64,000 bases of DNA. Source: Pocillopora verrucosa. Its lineage: Eukaryota. This document shows positions 11,366 through 22,384 of the stretch, in pieces. The stretch lies in the NCBI RefSeq assembly GCF_036669915.1, contig NC_089312.1:315991-379990 (forward strand), given 5' to 3'. The position numbers were made by a program, and so were the translations under genes. The notes beneath the pieces are model-generated. The model worked only from the letters and a program-made list of their open reading frames with translations, ran no database searches and was not told the origin of the DNA. Numbering within the stretch: the stretch's first letter is position 1; each line of letters begins with the position of its first letter.

Positions 11366-11903
11366 TATTTACACGCAGCTATACGGCTGATGTCTACTGA
11401 TTAACAAGTGCTCACAAGGAGTAACTGAAGCATTTAGAACCATCAGTTGTACACGCGTCTTTCACGATACACACAACACGCTTCTGCAGTCCAAATCATG
11501 AGATCGCTTTTTGATAAATCAAGATATATTTAGAACCCTGTCTTCGAAATCAATGCCGTCAATCGCTTCTCACTAATTCCGTGTAATTTCTTATTTCATC
11601 ATACTTCTCGGAACGACTGTGCACGATAGAGGTAATCAAAGGTCACGATGATTAAATATCTAGTTTCTTCACAGATGACGTGACATGTAACATTAGAAAC
11701 GGGAAAAAATGAGGAAAACCTTTAACTTAAAGACCATCGGACAAAGTCTGTTATGTTCTCCATGTTGACACGGGTATTTTTAGTTTGGATTAACCAAATA
11801 TGGAACCTTCGGTCCCAGTCTTAGTTAACGTGGTACTTCTTTCACTGTCGCTACCATTCTTGATTAGCTGAAACCTTCACTTGAGGTTGAAATCGAAGTA
11901 ATT
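11366..11903. promoter_or_regulatory. Putative bidirectional promoter / 5'UTR region between divergent TBC1D20-like (minus) and TRIM-NHL (plus) start codons
   Basis: 538 bp between the two ATGs on opposite strands. Contains the CRE/ATF-like TGACGTGA at 11676-11683. No ORF is present. Confidence 0.35.
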
Positions 11904-14126
11904 ATGGATGTTCCAACGTTGATGCATAACCTAAAGGAGGAAGTAACTTGTTCTGTATGTATGCAGTTATATACAGATCCCAAACAGCTGCCTTGTCTAC
12001 ATACATTTTGCCTACAATGTCTTAACAATGTTGCTCGAACAAGCAAACGAAATGGCATGATAAGATGTCCTCTTTGCCAACGTGAAGTAGCTGTGCCTGA
12101 TTGTGGTACAATGGAGTCTTTACCAGACTGTTTTTATCAAAAAAATCTTCTGGATATTTTGGCCATCAAGAAGTGCGGCAATGCTAAAGTGACTTGCGGT
12201 AACTGTGGTGAGAAAAACGAGAAAGTGTCTTATTGCTTCCATTGTGGGGAGTTTTGGTGCAGTGTTTGTCTAAGTGGGCATAATATCATTCGTGCGAACA
12301 AGGATCATCGTGTTCTCTCATTAAAGGATTTCGAAGACAAAGACTTCGAAGATGTTCTTAAACGACCGGCTTTCTGCTTGAAGGAACTCCACGAGCGACA
12401 AGTGCTGAAATTTTTCTGTAAAATGTGCAACGTCCCCGTTTGTCAAACTTGTGTCATAGTCGACCATGTCGGTCATAATGTTGAACATTTGGAGTTAACG
12501 GCGAAAGCTGCCAAGGAAAACATCATGATTCAATTAGACTTGGCTAAAAGTGCTGGTAAAACTCACACATACCTCAAAGAAGAGATGAACGAAATAGAAA
12601 ATTGCACTAAAGCCACCGTTGAAAAAATAAGAAATACAACCCAGTCAATTATTGGAAAACTTCAACAGTTTGAGCAAAAACTCACTTCAGAAGTTGAAGA
12701 TAAGGGCAAGGCAGCACTTGAAAAACTTTCAGTAAGAAGTACAGCATATCAGGCACAGTTGACCAAATATGAAGAAACCATATCACAGATTGAACACTTG
12801 GTTAACAGAGGTACTGCAGCAGAAGTCGTGCAGTTGCAATCCCATGTCAGTAAGTCCCTTCATGAATTGAAGATTGAACCCCCATGTAGAAATGAAGGTG
12901 AGGAAAGGTTAATTTTGGACTTCATTCCAAACCACTCTTTTCTTGAAAAGATTGATGATCTTGGAAGTACAGCACTGGGTACTCTGTCATGTAGTGCAAC
13001 TGTGGCAAGTAAGTGTACTGTAACTGCAAAACGTACAGCTATGGTTGGTGAAGAGACAAAGATTGAGATTGTCTCAAGGAATTCACGTGGGGATCAGTGT
13101 TACAGCTCAAATGACAGCATTTCCTCAAAATTTTCCCTTGTGGAAACAAACTGTTCACATGACTTTGTGTGGGAAACAGACTGTTCACGTGACTTTGTGT
13201 GGAAAACAGTGGATGAGAAGAATGGAAAGTATATAATTTCCTTTTACAGTAATTTGTTGGGAAAGGTCAGGGCTCAGTTCACAATAAATGGAGAACCTAT
13301 AAAGCAGACTTTACTTCTTAACATAAAGGGGAGAACTTATGCATCTGTGGATGTGATTCATTCAGACTTTTATAACCCATGGGGAGTTGCTGTTAATACC
13401 TCAGATGACATTTACGTTACTGACTTGAACAATAAAAAAGTGAAGATTTTGAGAGATCATGAGCCTTTTTCAAGAACCTTTGCATGTGATGTGTTTTATT
13501 CTCCTTCTGGAATCTGCACTGATTCTTCAGGAAGGATCTATGTCACAGACAGAGGTTTAAACAGAATACTTCTGTTCAATTCCAAACATGAATTATGCAA
13601 AAAGATTGGAGATGAGGGAGGACTGAAAGAACCACGTGGGATATCACTAGATCCTGAGGGAAACATTATTATCTGCAATTCAGGAAAAAGTTGTGTCCAA
13701 CTGCTTTCCTCTGAAGGGGACCTTCTCCTAACCTATGATGGTAGAGCTTGTGGACTTCAATTACCATTTGACTGCACTTTCCATGAAAACAATGTATATG
13801 TGTCTGATTTCAAAGGCCATAGTATCAAAGTTTTTAATGACGTTGGAGAGTTTTTATTTCAATTTGGTGAAGAGGGATCTGGGAATGGCCAGTTTAAATC
13901 ACCAACAGGACTAGCAGTGGACAAAGCAGGAAATCTCTTAGTTTGTGATGACTACAACCACAGAGTGCAAGTTTTTACCAAAGATGGAAGGTTCCTATCA
14001 AAGTTTGGATGTTATGGAAATGAAATGGGACAGCTGAATAAGCCAACGGGCTTGGCAGTCTGTCGGAATGGTGACATTGTTGTTGCAGAATTTGGAAATA
14101 ATCGTCTCCAATATTTTAGAAACTAG
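11904..14126 (+). CDS. TRIM-NHL family E3 ubiquitin ligase (RING, B-box1, B-box2, coiled coil, filamin-type Ig, 6 NHL repeats); complete single-exon 740-aa ORF
   Basis: ATG at 11904, TAG at 14124-14126, no internal stops. RING: CSVCMQLYTDPKQLPCLHTFCLQCL...CPLCQ. B-boxes: CGNCGEKNEKVSYCFHCGEFWCSVCLSGH and CLKELHERQVLKFFCKMCNVPVCQTCVIVDHVGH. NHL repeats include YNPWGVAVNTSDDIYVTDLNNKKVKIL, LKEPRGISLDPEGNIIICNSG, FKSPTGLAVDKAGNLLVCDDYNHRVQVF and LNKPTGLAVCRNGDIVVAEFGNNRLQYF. Confidence 0.95.
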   Translation: MDVPTLMHNLKEEVTCSVCMQLYTDPKQLPCLHTFCLQCLNNVARTSKRNGMIRCPLCQREVAVPDCGTMESLPDCFYQKNLLDILAIKKCGNAKVTCGNCGEKNEKVSYCFHCGEFWCSVCLSGHNIIRANKDHRVLSLKDFEDKDFEDVLKRPAFCLKELHERQVLKFFCKMCNVPVCQTCVIVDHVGHNVEHLELTAKAAKENIMIQLDLAKSAGKTHTYLKEEMNEIENCTKATVEKIRNTTQSIIGKLQQFEQKLTSEVEDKGKAALEKLSVRSTAYQAQLTKYEETISQIEHLVNRGTAAEVVQLQSHVSKSLHELKIEPPCRNEGEERLILDFIPNHSFLEKIDDLGSTALGTLSCSATVASKCTVTAKRTAMVGEETKIEIVSRNSRGDQCYSSNDSISSKFSLVETNCSHDFVWETDCSRDFVWKTVDEKNGKYIISFYSNLLGKVRAQFTINGEPIKQTLLLNIKGRTYASVDVIHSDFYNPWGVAVNTSDDIYVTDLNNKKVKILRDHEPFSRTFACDVFYSPSGICTDSSGRIYVTDRGLNRILLFNSKHELCKKIGDEGGLKEPRGISLDPEGNIIICNSGKSCVQLLSSEGDLLLTYDGRACGLQLPFDCTFHENNVYVSDFKGHSIKVFNDVGEFLFQFGEEGSGNGQFKSPTGLAVDKAGNLLVCDDYNHRVQVFTKDGRFLSKFGCYGNEMGQLNKPTGLAVCRNGDIVVAEFGNNRLQYFRN
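13141..13200 (+). repeat. In-frame 30-bp tandem duplication inside TRIM-NHL filamin domain
   Basis: aaactgttcacatgactttgtgtgggaaac / agactgttcacgtgactttgtgtggaaaac encodes ETNCSHDFVW/ETDCSRDFVW. Confidence 0.7.
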
Positions 14127-15373
14127 CTGGTTCTCTGGATGGAAATATTCCTAGCAAGGTCTTCATGCTAAATTTCTTAAAAGATTCAATAATTGTGACT
14201 TCAATGTTTAATGAGCTAATTCTAATAATCACAAGTCATGCTGGTAACTTGCCATTGTCCCAAATAGAAAATTCTAATCACTCAACAGATATATTACAAT
14301 TGCAACTATACTCGGTGAATTTTTTTTCAGTGGAGTTTTGCTCAGAAGCAAATGGAATGGTGTTTCTGTATTTTGAAAAAAATCTGGATAAAACCAGAGT
14401 TAAAAGCTTATTCCAGTCACATTTAGTAAATTTACATCTACCACTTTTTCTTTTGATCTTGTTTCGAGGTTTGTCTCTTATGATTGTCTGAATGAAATCT
14501 ATAAACTATGCTGTAAAATCACCCCATGAAGAATTCTTTGGGCTAGTTTGCCTCAGATAGTATTATACTAAAGCCAAAGGAAACACCAGAATTAATCTGC
14601 ATACTTTTAGCATTTCACACTTTTGAGTTTTAAAAATATTCCGAATTTGCTTCTGTTTCCCAGATAAAGCATTACAAAGTAGCTGTGGAGTTACTTATAT
14701 TTACATTCCATACCCACTAAGTTTGAAAGGGACTTCTAGGTCTAACAAAGTGTGTTTAATGCAGCCATTGAAATGTTTACTGTGTCAGCTTCTCTTTATT
14801 TGCAACTTTCCTTTTTCGCATTCTATTATATTCAAAGTTCTTTCATTCAGGTTTAACTATTATGTACAGTTGTTTACTGAGGAGTATGGCTTCTCTCCAG
14901 AAATGCAGTTGGAATTAGCTCTTAACTATTAGTTAATTGAATTTTAACTTACTGAGCAATGTATTTACAAACTATCTTTTTCAAGTGATATGAACAGACT
15001 CCAAAATTTGTAACACTAGATTTGTTCTGCTATCTTGGTTGTAGCTTTCCAATCTTAGCAGCCAACGCTGTCTCTCTTTCCTTAAGCCGTACCTCAACTT
15101 CAGCCTTATGTAACAAAGGAAAAAAAAACTGATTAATAATACTTTCATGGGACAAGGACTTATTTCTCCTTTAAGAGGATTTAAAAACACCTTTGAGTTG
15201 TGTTGTGTTTCTGAGAGGGAAACTTGAGGGAAGTATCTTGCCTTTAAACATATTAACAAGTGACTCTGGCTGAGATTGAAGAAACTACTCCGTAAATAAA
15301 AATTAATCCTTCACTCAATGTATTGTTCAAGTCTGACTGTGGTTGTTCAACAAGGCTCAGCTATAATAACCAC

Positions 15374-18300
15374 CTGAAAATTTCCCAACACTTCATCAGC
15401 TACTTTCTTCACAATATTCTTGACCTGGGCGGGTTCTATGGATGATAAAATGTTCTCTGCAGTTTGATCCTTGGAGTGGGCAACATTATCTGAATGAGCT
15501 ACAAACAATTCAAAAGAAAACTAATTAAACATGACATGGAAGTATTACAACAGGACTGTAACTAAAGAAAAATTAAAGAAATAAAAATTGTGATAAAAAT
15601 AAGTATTTTTTCCTTAAGAAAGGCTACATTAGCTCAAACAGTATTCTTTAAGGACTTTAAGAGTATACAAGAGTGATGAGGTGTAATGTGCAGTTTCCAA
15701 GAACAAGAAATTACATGTACCTTCTTCTCCTGATTGTTCCTTTTCTCCCTACAAACACAGGTAAGATTAGGTAGCTAACATCAAAATAGCTTTTGAAATC
15801 AAGTCTAATGAGCCCAATCTGTTGAAATTTGTCAATTTTTGTGACCTCATAGATATGCATGGTTATCATAATGATGAAATGTAAAAATCGACTCACAAAG
15901 AATGTCTTTTCAGTGCTATATCATTTTGAAATTGAGTAACACAGTCATTTCCATAGTAGAAAAGTTGATGAAAAGAACTGCAAGTGTGAGGTACAAGGGT
16001 GCCAACAAAGGGGAGACAAACAAAACCCCAATATGCTTATTTTCCTCTCTCATTAGACCTTGAACTCTACTCTATGTTCCTGCTTAATGTCCAATTTGTT
16101 TCACAAAGTGAACAGTCTAAAAAAAACAGAGGGCAATGAGCAAATTCATTTGAAGTCACCCTTCATTAAATGCAAAATTAAACTGATCAAAAGCTGGTCT
16201 AATTTGCCCAGTTTATATATTTATATCAATTCTGCTAATGCTAGGGCAATGCTTACTTCTGTCTGTTCTTCTGGTTGGGGTGACTGTGGTGGTGTCATCA
16301 CATGTTCCCTCCACATTTCCTCAGTCATGCCTTCATCTAATGGAGGTGGAAATGGAATGCTAGCCAGTGGAGGAACTTCAACTTCCAACTGTGCAAAAAA
16401 TAAGGGATTGCCACTTAATTTGTTTTCCTTAATTCTGGAGAAGTGATTGAAAATGTACATGCACTGTACTTTAACAAAACAATTTTAAACCTAAGAATGG
16501 GGCTGTCCTGGTGTACCGGTACACGGGGAAATTCCTATTGTTTTCATATCCATACATGGAGTTGTGACACAGTTCATTAATGTTTCGTTCCTTTGTGTAC
16601 CGGTACACAAGGACACAACCCTAAGAATAATGCAGTAATACTAAAGTACAAACCTCAGATATGACGACTTCCTCTTGTGGCTCCTGAGTAAAAAGAAACT
16701 GGTACAACTTGTAATGCTGGAACAAACTGCAAAAGATCAACAATTATGGTTTTATCCAATCACATTGAGAGCTGAAAGTCAATAGGAGTTCCTGTGTGAT
16801 TGCTTTATTATAAAAACCCCTCCATTATATTGGATACCATTGTCTTGAATGGATATAACATCTTGAAAGAGGATAAACTTATATACTTTTACCTTTCATA
16901 AATAATTGACAAAGAAAGCTCTATCCTTGTTAGATTTAGATTCCCAAAACTTTAATGTTTCCGTTCTTTAAATTGAATTTTACAGCTTACAAGTCACCAT
17001 GACCAAGTCTTCTAGAGTGCCATCCTTGGTTATTTGTCATCGCAATCTTCATTATTATCATTAACATATAATCTATAATGATCCTTTGTTTTGCCTAAAA
17101 TTGTTCCCACTCACATTAACAGAAGCACATTATCTCCACAAAATTAAATGTAATGCAAAATTTACCTGTCAGTAAAGTAATCAGTTATGAGCTTTGCCTG
17201 ATTTACATCAAAACATTCCAGGCCCCCATTTAGTGGACAGTTTTCAACTCCAATCCCTGCCAGAAGTGACTTGAAATTTTGTATACTGTCAACCAATGAA
17301 AATTGTTTTTCTGAGAAGAAAGAAAAAATTGTTAAGTCCTACAATTAAGTAGTTGTTTCAACAGTAACTAGTGAACAACTAGCTGAATTGCTGCCAGGGG
17401 CATCCACTACTATCAATGATATGTGATTATTACCTTTAATATTGTCTAGCATTTCCTTCAAAAGAGTGAAAAATGCAGATATTTGCTGAAGGGTGAAATT
17501 CTGTTCTTTTGCAAACCTACATAATATCATTGTCAAGGTAAAACTAAGCAAGGAGTGGTCTTATCAATTAAAACCTCAGTCTGTTGCACATTGATACTAC
17601 AAATTATCAAATTATTTTTAATTACAATACAGGGAAGAATCATCTTACGGTCTGTCATCTGTCTGTCATCATAAATTGAATAAACTCTTTTATCACAAAC
17701 GATCACCTCTCATCTAATCTCTCTGCAATGATGTGGACAAAACCAGAAAAAAAAAAACAACACACCACAATCATTTGATAGGTTGGTTCATTTAATCCTT
17801 CAATTCCCAAGAACTGTTTACTAATTCTCCCCTCCAGCTACTTCAAATTTCCTTGTAAATTACTCACAAGAATATGGTGTTAGATATAGATAACAATTTC
17901 TACCTGATAAGTTTGAGTATTCTTATCGCCTGTTTATTGTCTTTGATTCCGATTTTAGTAAAAAGTGATTTTTCTTTTTACAAAGGATACCAAAACCCTG
18001 CAACATAGTAATCCAGTACACAGGCCTCTGGTAGAGAGATGTGATAATTTTCAATGGACAGCACTTCTGCAAGTTTCCTGAGGTCATAACAGAATAACAT
18101 ATGTCAATCAGTACATACAGAAGTTAAACGAATTGTTACTATCTTAAATGGTGGGGTGCAAAGTCTATTGACAGTGGACAAATTCGTTTGATTGCACAAA
18201 ATGTTTACAAATTTGTTTGTGCCATGTTCAGAACTTATTTTCATTTTTGTCAAAACTGAAGTTTGTTCTCTTGTTAATGTGCTAATGAACAAGCAATCCA

Positions 18301-19137
18301 GGTCTATCCGTCAGGCATGAAAATTTTACAGAAAATTGACTTCCTAATCTACATTTACCCAACTGTAGTGTGAATAAATTTAAGTTTGGTTCATTAGAAA
18401 TCGACTTACACTTCCAATTCAAGGACAGTAAGTTCCTTCAGAGACTGAGTCTGTTCTTCTGAAAGGACCTTCCATGCTAGTGACTCTTTCTCCTCTTCCT
18501 CCTTCAATAAGAAGAACACGAAACTTAACTCAAGTCATACTAATGAACACCAGCACTAGCACAAAGAGATCAATTCAGGTCTCGCGTTACTTTTCAAACA
18601 ATTAATTGACATCTATTCAGAAATAATGCACAATCACATAGAAATAGTGCACGATTACTTTGAATTTAAATTCATTAAATGACGCTTCAGACCTGGATTC
18701 TTACTGCAACATTCAAAACATGAACAAAATGCTGCTTCCATAAAACGTTAAGTTGAAAATCGTTCTTTGCACTACTTCTAAGTCACGATAACGACCTTTT
18801 TAGAACAATGTCGCCTTAAAACTCTTCCCGTAACTTTGCCATAAAGACCAAATAGAAATCCTGAGCTCATACGAAGTCGCAGTACAGAGAGAAATACAAT
18901 AAGATGATCACAACAAAGTAAAAAGTACTGTAAACATCAGCTGAAGTCGAAAAGTTTTGCAAAACAAAACAACGCATTGTCTATCCAGATCTACATATAA
19001 AGACATGAAACTAACAAAAACACTAACAGATTGGCCTTTGTTTCGATTTGTTGCCGAGTCCCGTTTCGCTGCAGATTTCTTCCGTTCTCTCTCCGAAGAT
19101 TTTATTCGAATGGCCGATCGAGACTTCTTCTCCGCCA
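15374..19137 (-). CDS. Multi-exon gene of unknown identity (gene-level; exons approx 19010-19137 with ATG, 18395-18500, 18005-18085, 17400-17551, 17170-17330, 16625-16700, 16257-16388, 15374-15498)
   Basis: Exon 1 MAEKKSRSAIRIKSSERERKKSAAKRDSATNRNKGQS sits next to a GC-rich 5' region (19180-19230). Later exons: KEEEEKESLAWKVLSEEQTQSLKELTVLELE; FSEKQFSLVDSIQNFKSLLAGIGVENCPLNGGLECFDVNQAKLITDYFTD (donor GACAG|GTAAAT); LEVEVPPLASIPFPPPLDEGMTEEMWREHVMTPPQSPQPEEQTE (16257-16388; acceptor TTTTTTGCACAG, donor CAGAA|GTAAGC); AHSDNVAHSKDQTAENILSSIEPAQVKNIVKKVADEVLGNFQ (donor CAG|GTGGTT). Family not recognised. Confidence 0.45.
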
Positions 19138-19904
19138 TCTTTGAATACGGCCTTACTCCTGGGTGACACTCGTTGCTATGCAACTGACCTAAAATCTCCG
19201 TGCGCGTGCGGGTCGTAGGACTGGGGGGATGGGGGGAGGAGTAATTGGCATTTCAGTAAACAGGATGCACTACATTTTGCAGGAAATCGATTTAAAAAGC
19301 TGGATTAAAATTCTAATCACTCTATACCGAGCATACAACTTGACTTTTGCGAAATACTTGCTTTCGTATGACAAGAAACGACCAAACCTTTAGAGGTCAA
19401 TATCGTAGTTACTATTGTTATTACCTTAGAAGCGAGTTCGCTTCTTTTGCGTGAAACTTTTGGAGGGGTTTTACCACGCTTTAAGCGATGTGGAACGTCT
19501 AAATTTTCCATACCTTCTGTAAAAATCAAATTTGACTATCATGCATCTTAAAAACTATATACTTGGAACTTCTAGACTTTGCAGCTCTGTAAATTCCGAA
19601 CGGTATTGTAAGGATTGACTTGGCAATACTTTTTGTGTACTATAATTTTGAGCCACTAAATAGGTCAAGATCAAAGGCATAATAACTCTGATACGTCGTC
19701 CAATAAACGACCGTTTTGATGAGACGCTAATTAGCTTTGTTAGCCGGTAATAAGAGACTTCAAAATGCCGACAGTCTTTAGAGACCATTTAGTTGTTTGC
19801 AAGATAACGGACGAAATCTCTTCTAATTATTTTCGACAATTTTGAATAAGATTTAGAAGCTTGTTAAGTTTGTGAAAGTTAATTAAAATTGGTTGCGAAT
19901 TCCT

Positions 19905-19990
19905 AGTTGGATCCTTACCCCCACCCCTCCCCCGTCATAAATTTATTTCACTCAAATCATGTACAAGGTGGGGTGGGGGTAGAGACGTCT
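19905..19990. repeat. Palindromic hairpin element: C-rich arm / AT-rich loop / G-rich arm
   Basis: tacccccacccctcccccgtc-ataaatttatttcactcaaatcatgtac-aaggtggggtgggggtag; arms are reverse complements. Related copy in opposite orientation at 39985-40095. Confidence 0.55.
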
Positions 19991-20471
19991 CGAGAGGCCA
20001 ATGAAAATAATTATTCGTTTCTTGATTTTGTAATTCAATTTCCTTCTATGTTTTGTTATGTAGTTATCTACCCCACTGCCGAACCAAAGTGCTCTAAAAA
20101 CTGAGATAATTCTATTACTGGTCTTTTGATACGCTGTGGTAACTTTCTTTCTTTATTCATCAAAATAGGCAGGGAGAACTTAGAGGCGCGGTATCCTATA
20201 GAAAGTATTACCCTTCCAATCATGAGTAATCTACTATCGACAAGCCACATCGCCCACTATTGCACCCATATGCAAACCAATCTCATTTGATTTAATCGAT
20301 ATTTTAATAATTGCCATGGTAACACCCAAAGACTTTCTAATTCCTGATGGAAGGCGACCGAAAATATAACTCATCGCTTACTAGTAATTTGCACCAGTTC
20401 TGAGTTTAGGATTCAAAGCGTGCAAAGGAAAGTGATCAAGAGAAGCTGATGAACTGAATTAATATGGAAAC

Positions 20472-20628
20472 ATGCTGAGCAAGTTGAAGGAAGGTTTCAA
20501 GGAGAATGTGATGACGGGAGAGCCTATCGTCTGTAAGATTCCGTTGACATTTCAAAGGCTTGTGCTCAACTTCATCCCTAAGTTTAGGGATGTTTTTTTC
20601 CCAAAGAGGGATGTAGCACTGTCATCAA
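20472..20628 (+). CDS. Candidate first coding exon of an unidentified plus-strand gene
   Basis: ATG at 20472; MLSKLKEGFKENVMTGEPIVCKIPLTFQRLVLNFIPKFRDVFFPKRDVALSS, then a strong donor CAA|GTGAGT at 20629. Downstream exons not identified. Confidence 0.3.
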
Positions 20629-22262
20629 GTGAGTTAAGTATCATAATAAACTTATAAAACCGTTGTGATTCCCCCAGCTTCTGTCCACATCTACCTCACA
20701 AAGGAGTAACTACTGTCCTCTCTCACGTCGCCGAGGTCTCTTAGTACATGTACTGTGTTTGGAAAACATACACAAACATGGCAAAGAAGCCAAGCCAACT
20801 ACTCGAACATTGAAATACAATTCAGTAATCTGTGCCATCAAGTGAATGACGTTGAGTGTCATGATGAGCACTTGGCTACCCTTGATCGACTCTACTCGAG
20901 TAATTTACATTTTACCCTCAACAAACCTCTTGACTTACTTTTTTCACCACAATTTCCGGTGTGGGTGCTGGAACTGGCACTAAGCGTTTTTTCAAAATAC
21001 CAGTCGCTTTTTTGGACCTTTTATAGTTTCTATGATATTCCATGTTAATAACAATGTGGATGCTTTCACAATGCGCTACGAGTTGAATATGGTTGTACTT
21101 TTTAGTTTCATTTAAGCGTCTAATTAACCCAAACAAAAGAAATATTGACAGGTTTCAAGAACAGATTACTTTGATAAAGCGTTGCATTGTGTTTTAAACA
21201 AGCAAAGCTGTGATTTGAAAGGTTTTAATGACTGACTAGTTGATCCATCTTCACGTCGTTGTAAATTACCCCAACGCTAATAAAACCTCTTATCGATTGT
21301 AATAAACAACTATCTAACAAGTGTTTTGGAAGCTTCCTTTAATATGTCGGTAGTTCATATCATCTATGTTTCGTTAAATTGAAAAGTTTATACCACAAAA
21401 GATGGGGGGGGGGGGGGGAAAGAGTCTTGCACAGTCTTTTGTCTGAGTTGAGGAGCATACTGGGATGTATTATTAGCATAAGGCTCCTGGTATAAATCAT
21501 TGCTTTTTCAAACCAGGGGAGGGGGACAATATGCATCCTACGACCCCCCTGACTGTTAACCCCCTCAACTGGTGATTAACAAAGCAGCAGCCAATCTAGA
21601 TAAGGAAGCCTAAACCCCCACCCTGCATCCCGTCTCTCCCGCATATATAAACAAGCTTGTAGTAAAAACCGAGATATAGTTCTTCTACCAAGATAACTCC
21701 CAAGGGCGCCCCCTTTAGTCACTAGTCAGGACTCCCTCATACCTGTAGTGTTGTGCATAATTTACGATTCGAGAGTCATTTTTTCCAAACGGTATTAAAT
21801 GTGAAACTTATTTTGGGTTTAGGTTACTAAGACAACGAGAGAATAGAGGATTCTACAAATGTATATACGAAAATACATCTTTCTTTGATATGAAATTAAA
21901 TTGCATGCAATAAGTTCTTTTTTCAGTCATTTAAAAGGGTATTTGTTTTGAATACATTTGATGTGAGGAAATTTCAATTTTTTTTGTATCAACACTGGCA
22001 ACAAACTGTGGTGTTATTGATAAACAGTCCTTTTTTAATTTAGAAATACTTAAGCCGGCGTACCCGACCGCAACATGGGGTATGTCATCTCTGATTACAA
22101 ATCTTTTGCCCTCCACTTCGTTTCAAAAGTTCGCGTCGATAAAACAACAAAAAAAATTGATATAAGGACGTTCGGTGTTTCTGTAAGCGGTTCTGGTCGA
22201 GAGCTGACTGCAGATTGGAAGTCAAACGTATTTGGTAAATGACATAGTATTTTCTATTTACC

Positions 22263-22384
22263 TTTTTCTCTATTTCTTGCTTTTCCCGTTCTCTTATCGC
22301 GCTTCTTTGTAACTTCCTTCGAGCGAGTCTCCGCGCGTTCAAAACATTTCCAATATTCGGCGACTTAGCTCTTGAGTAATCCAT
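22263..22384 (-). CDS. Candidate first coding exon of an unidentified minus-strand gene (basic/coiled-coil N-terminus)
   Basis: ATG at 22382-22384; MDYSRAKSPNIGNVLNARRLARRKLQRSAIREREKQEIEKK, then donor GAGAAAAAG|GTAAATAG. Confidence 0.3.
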
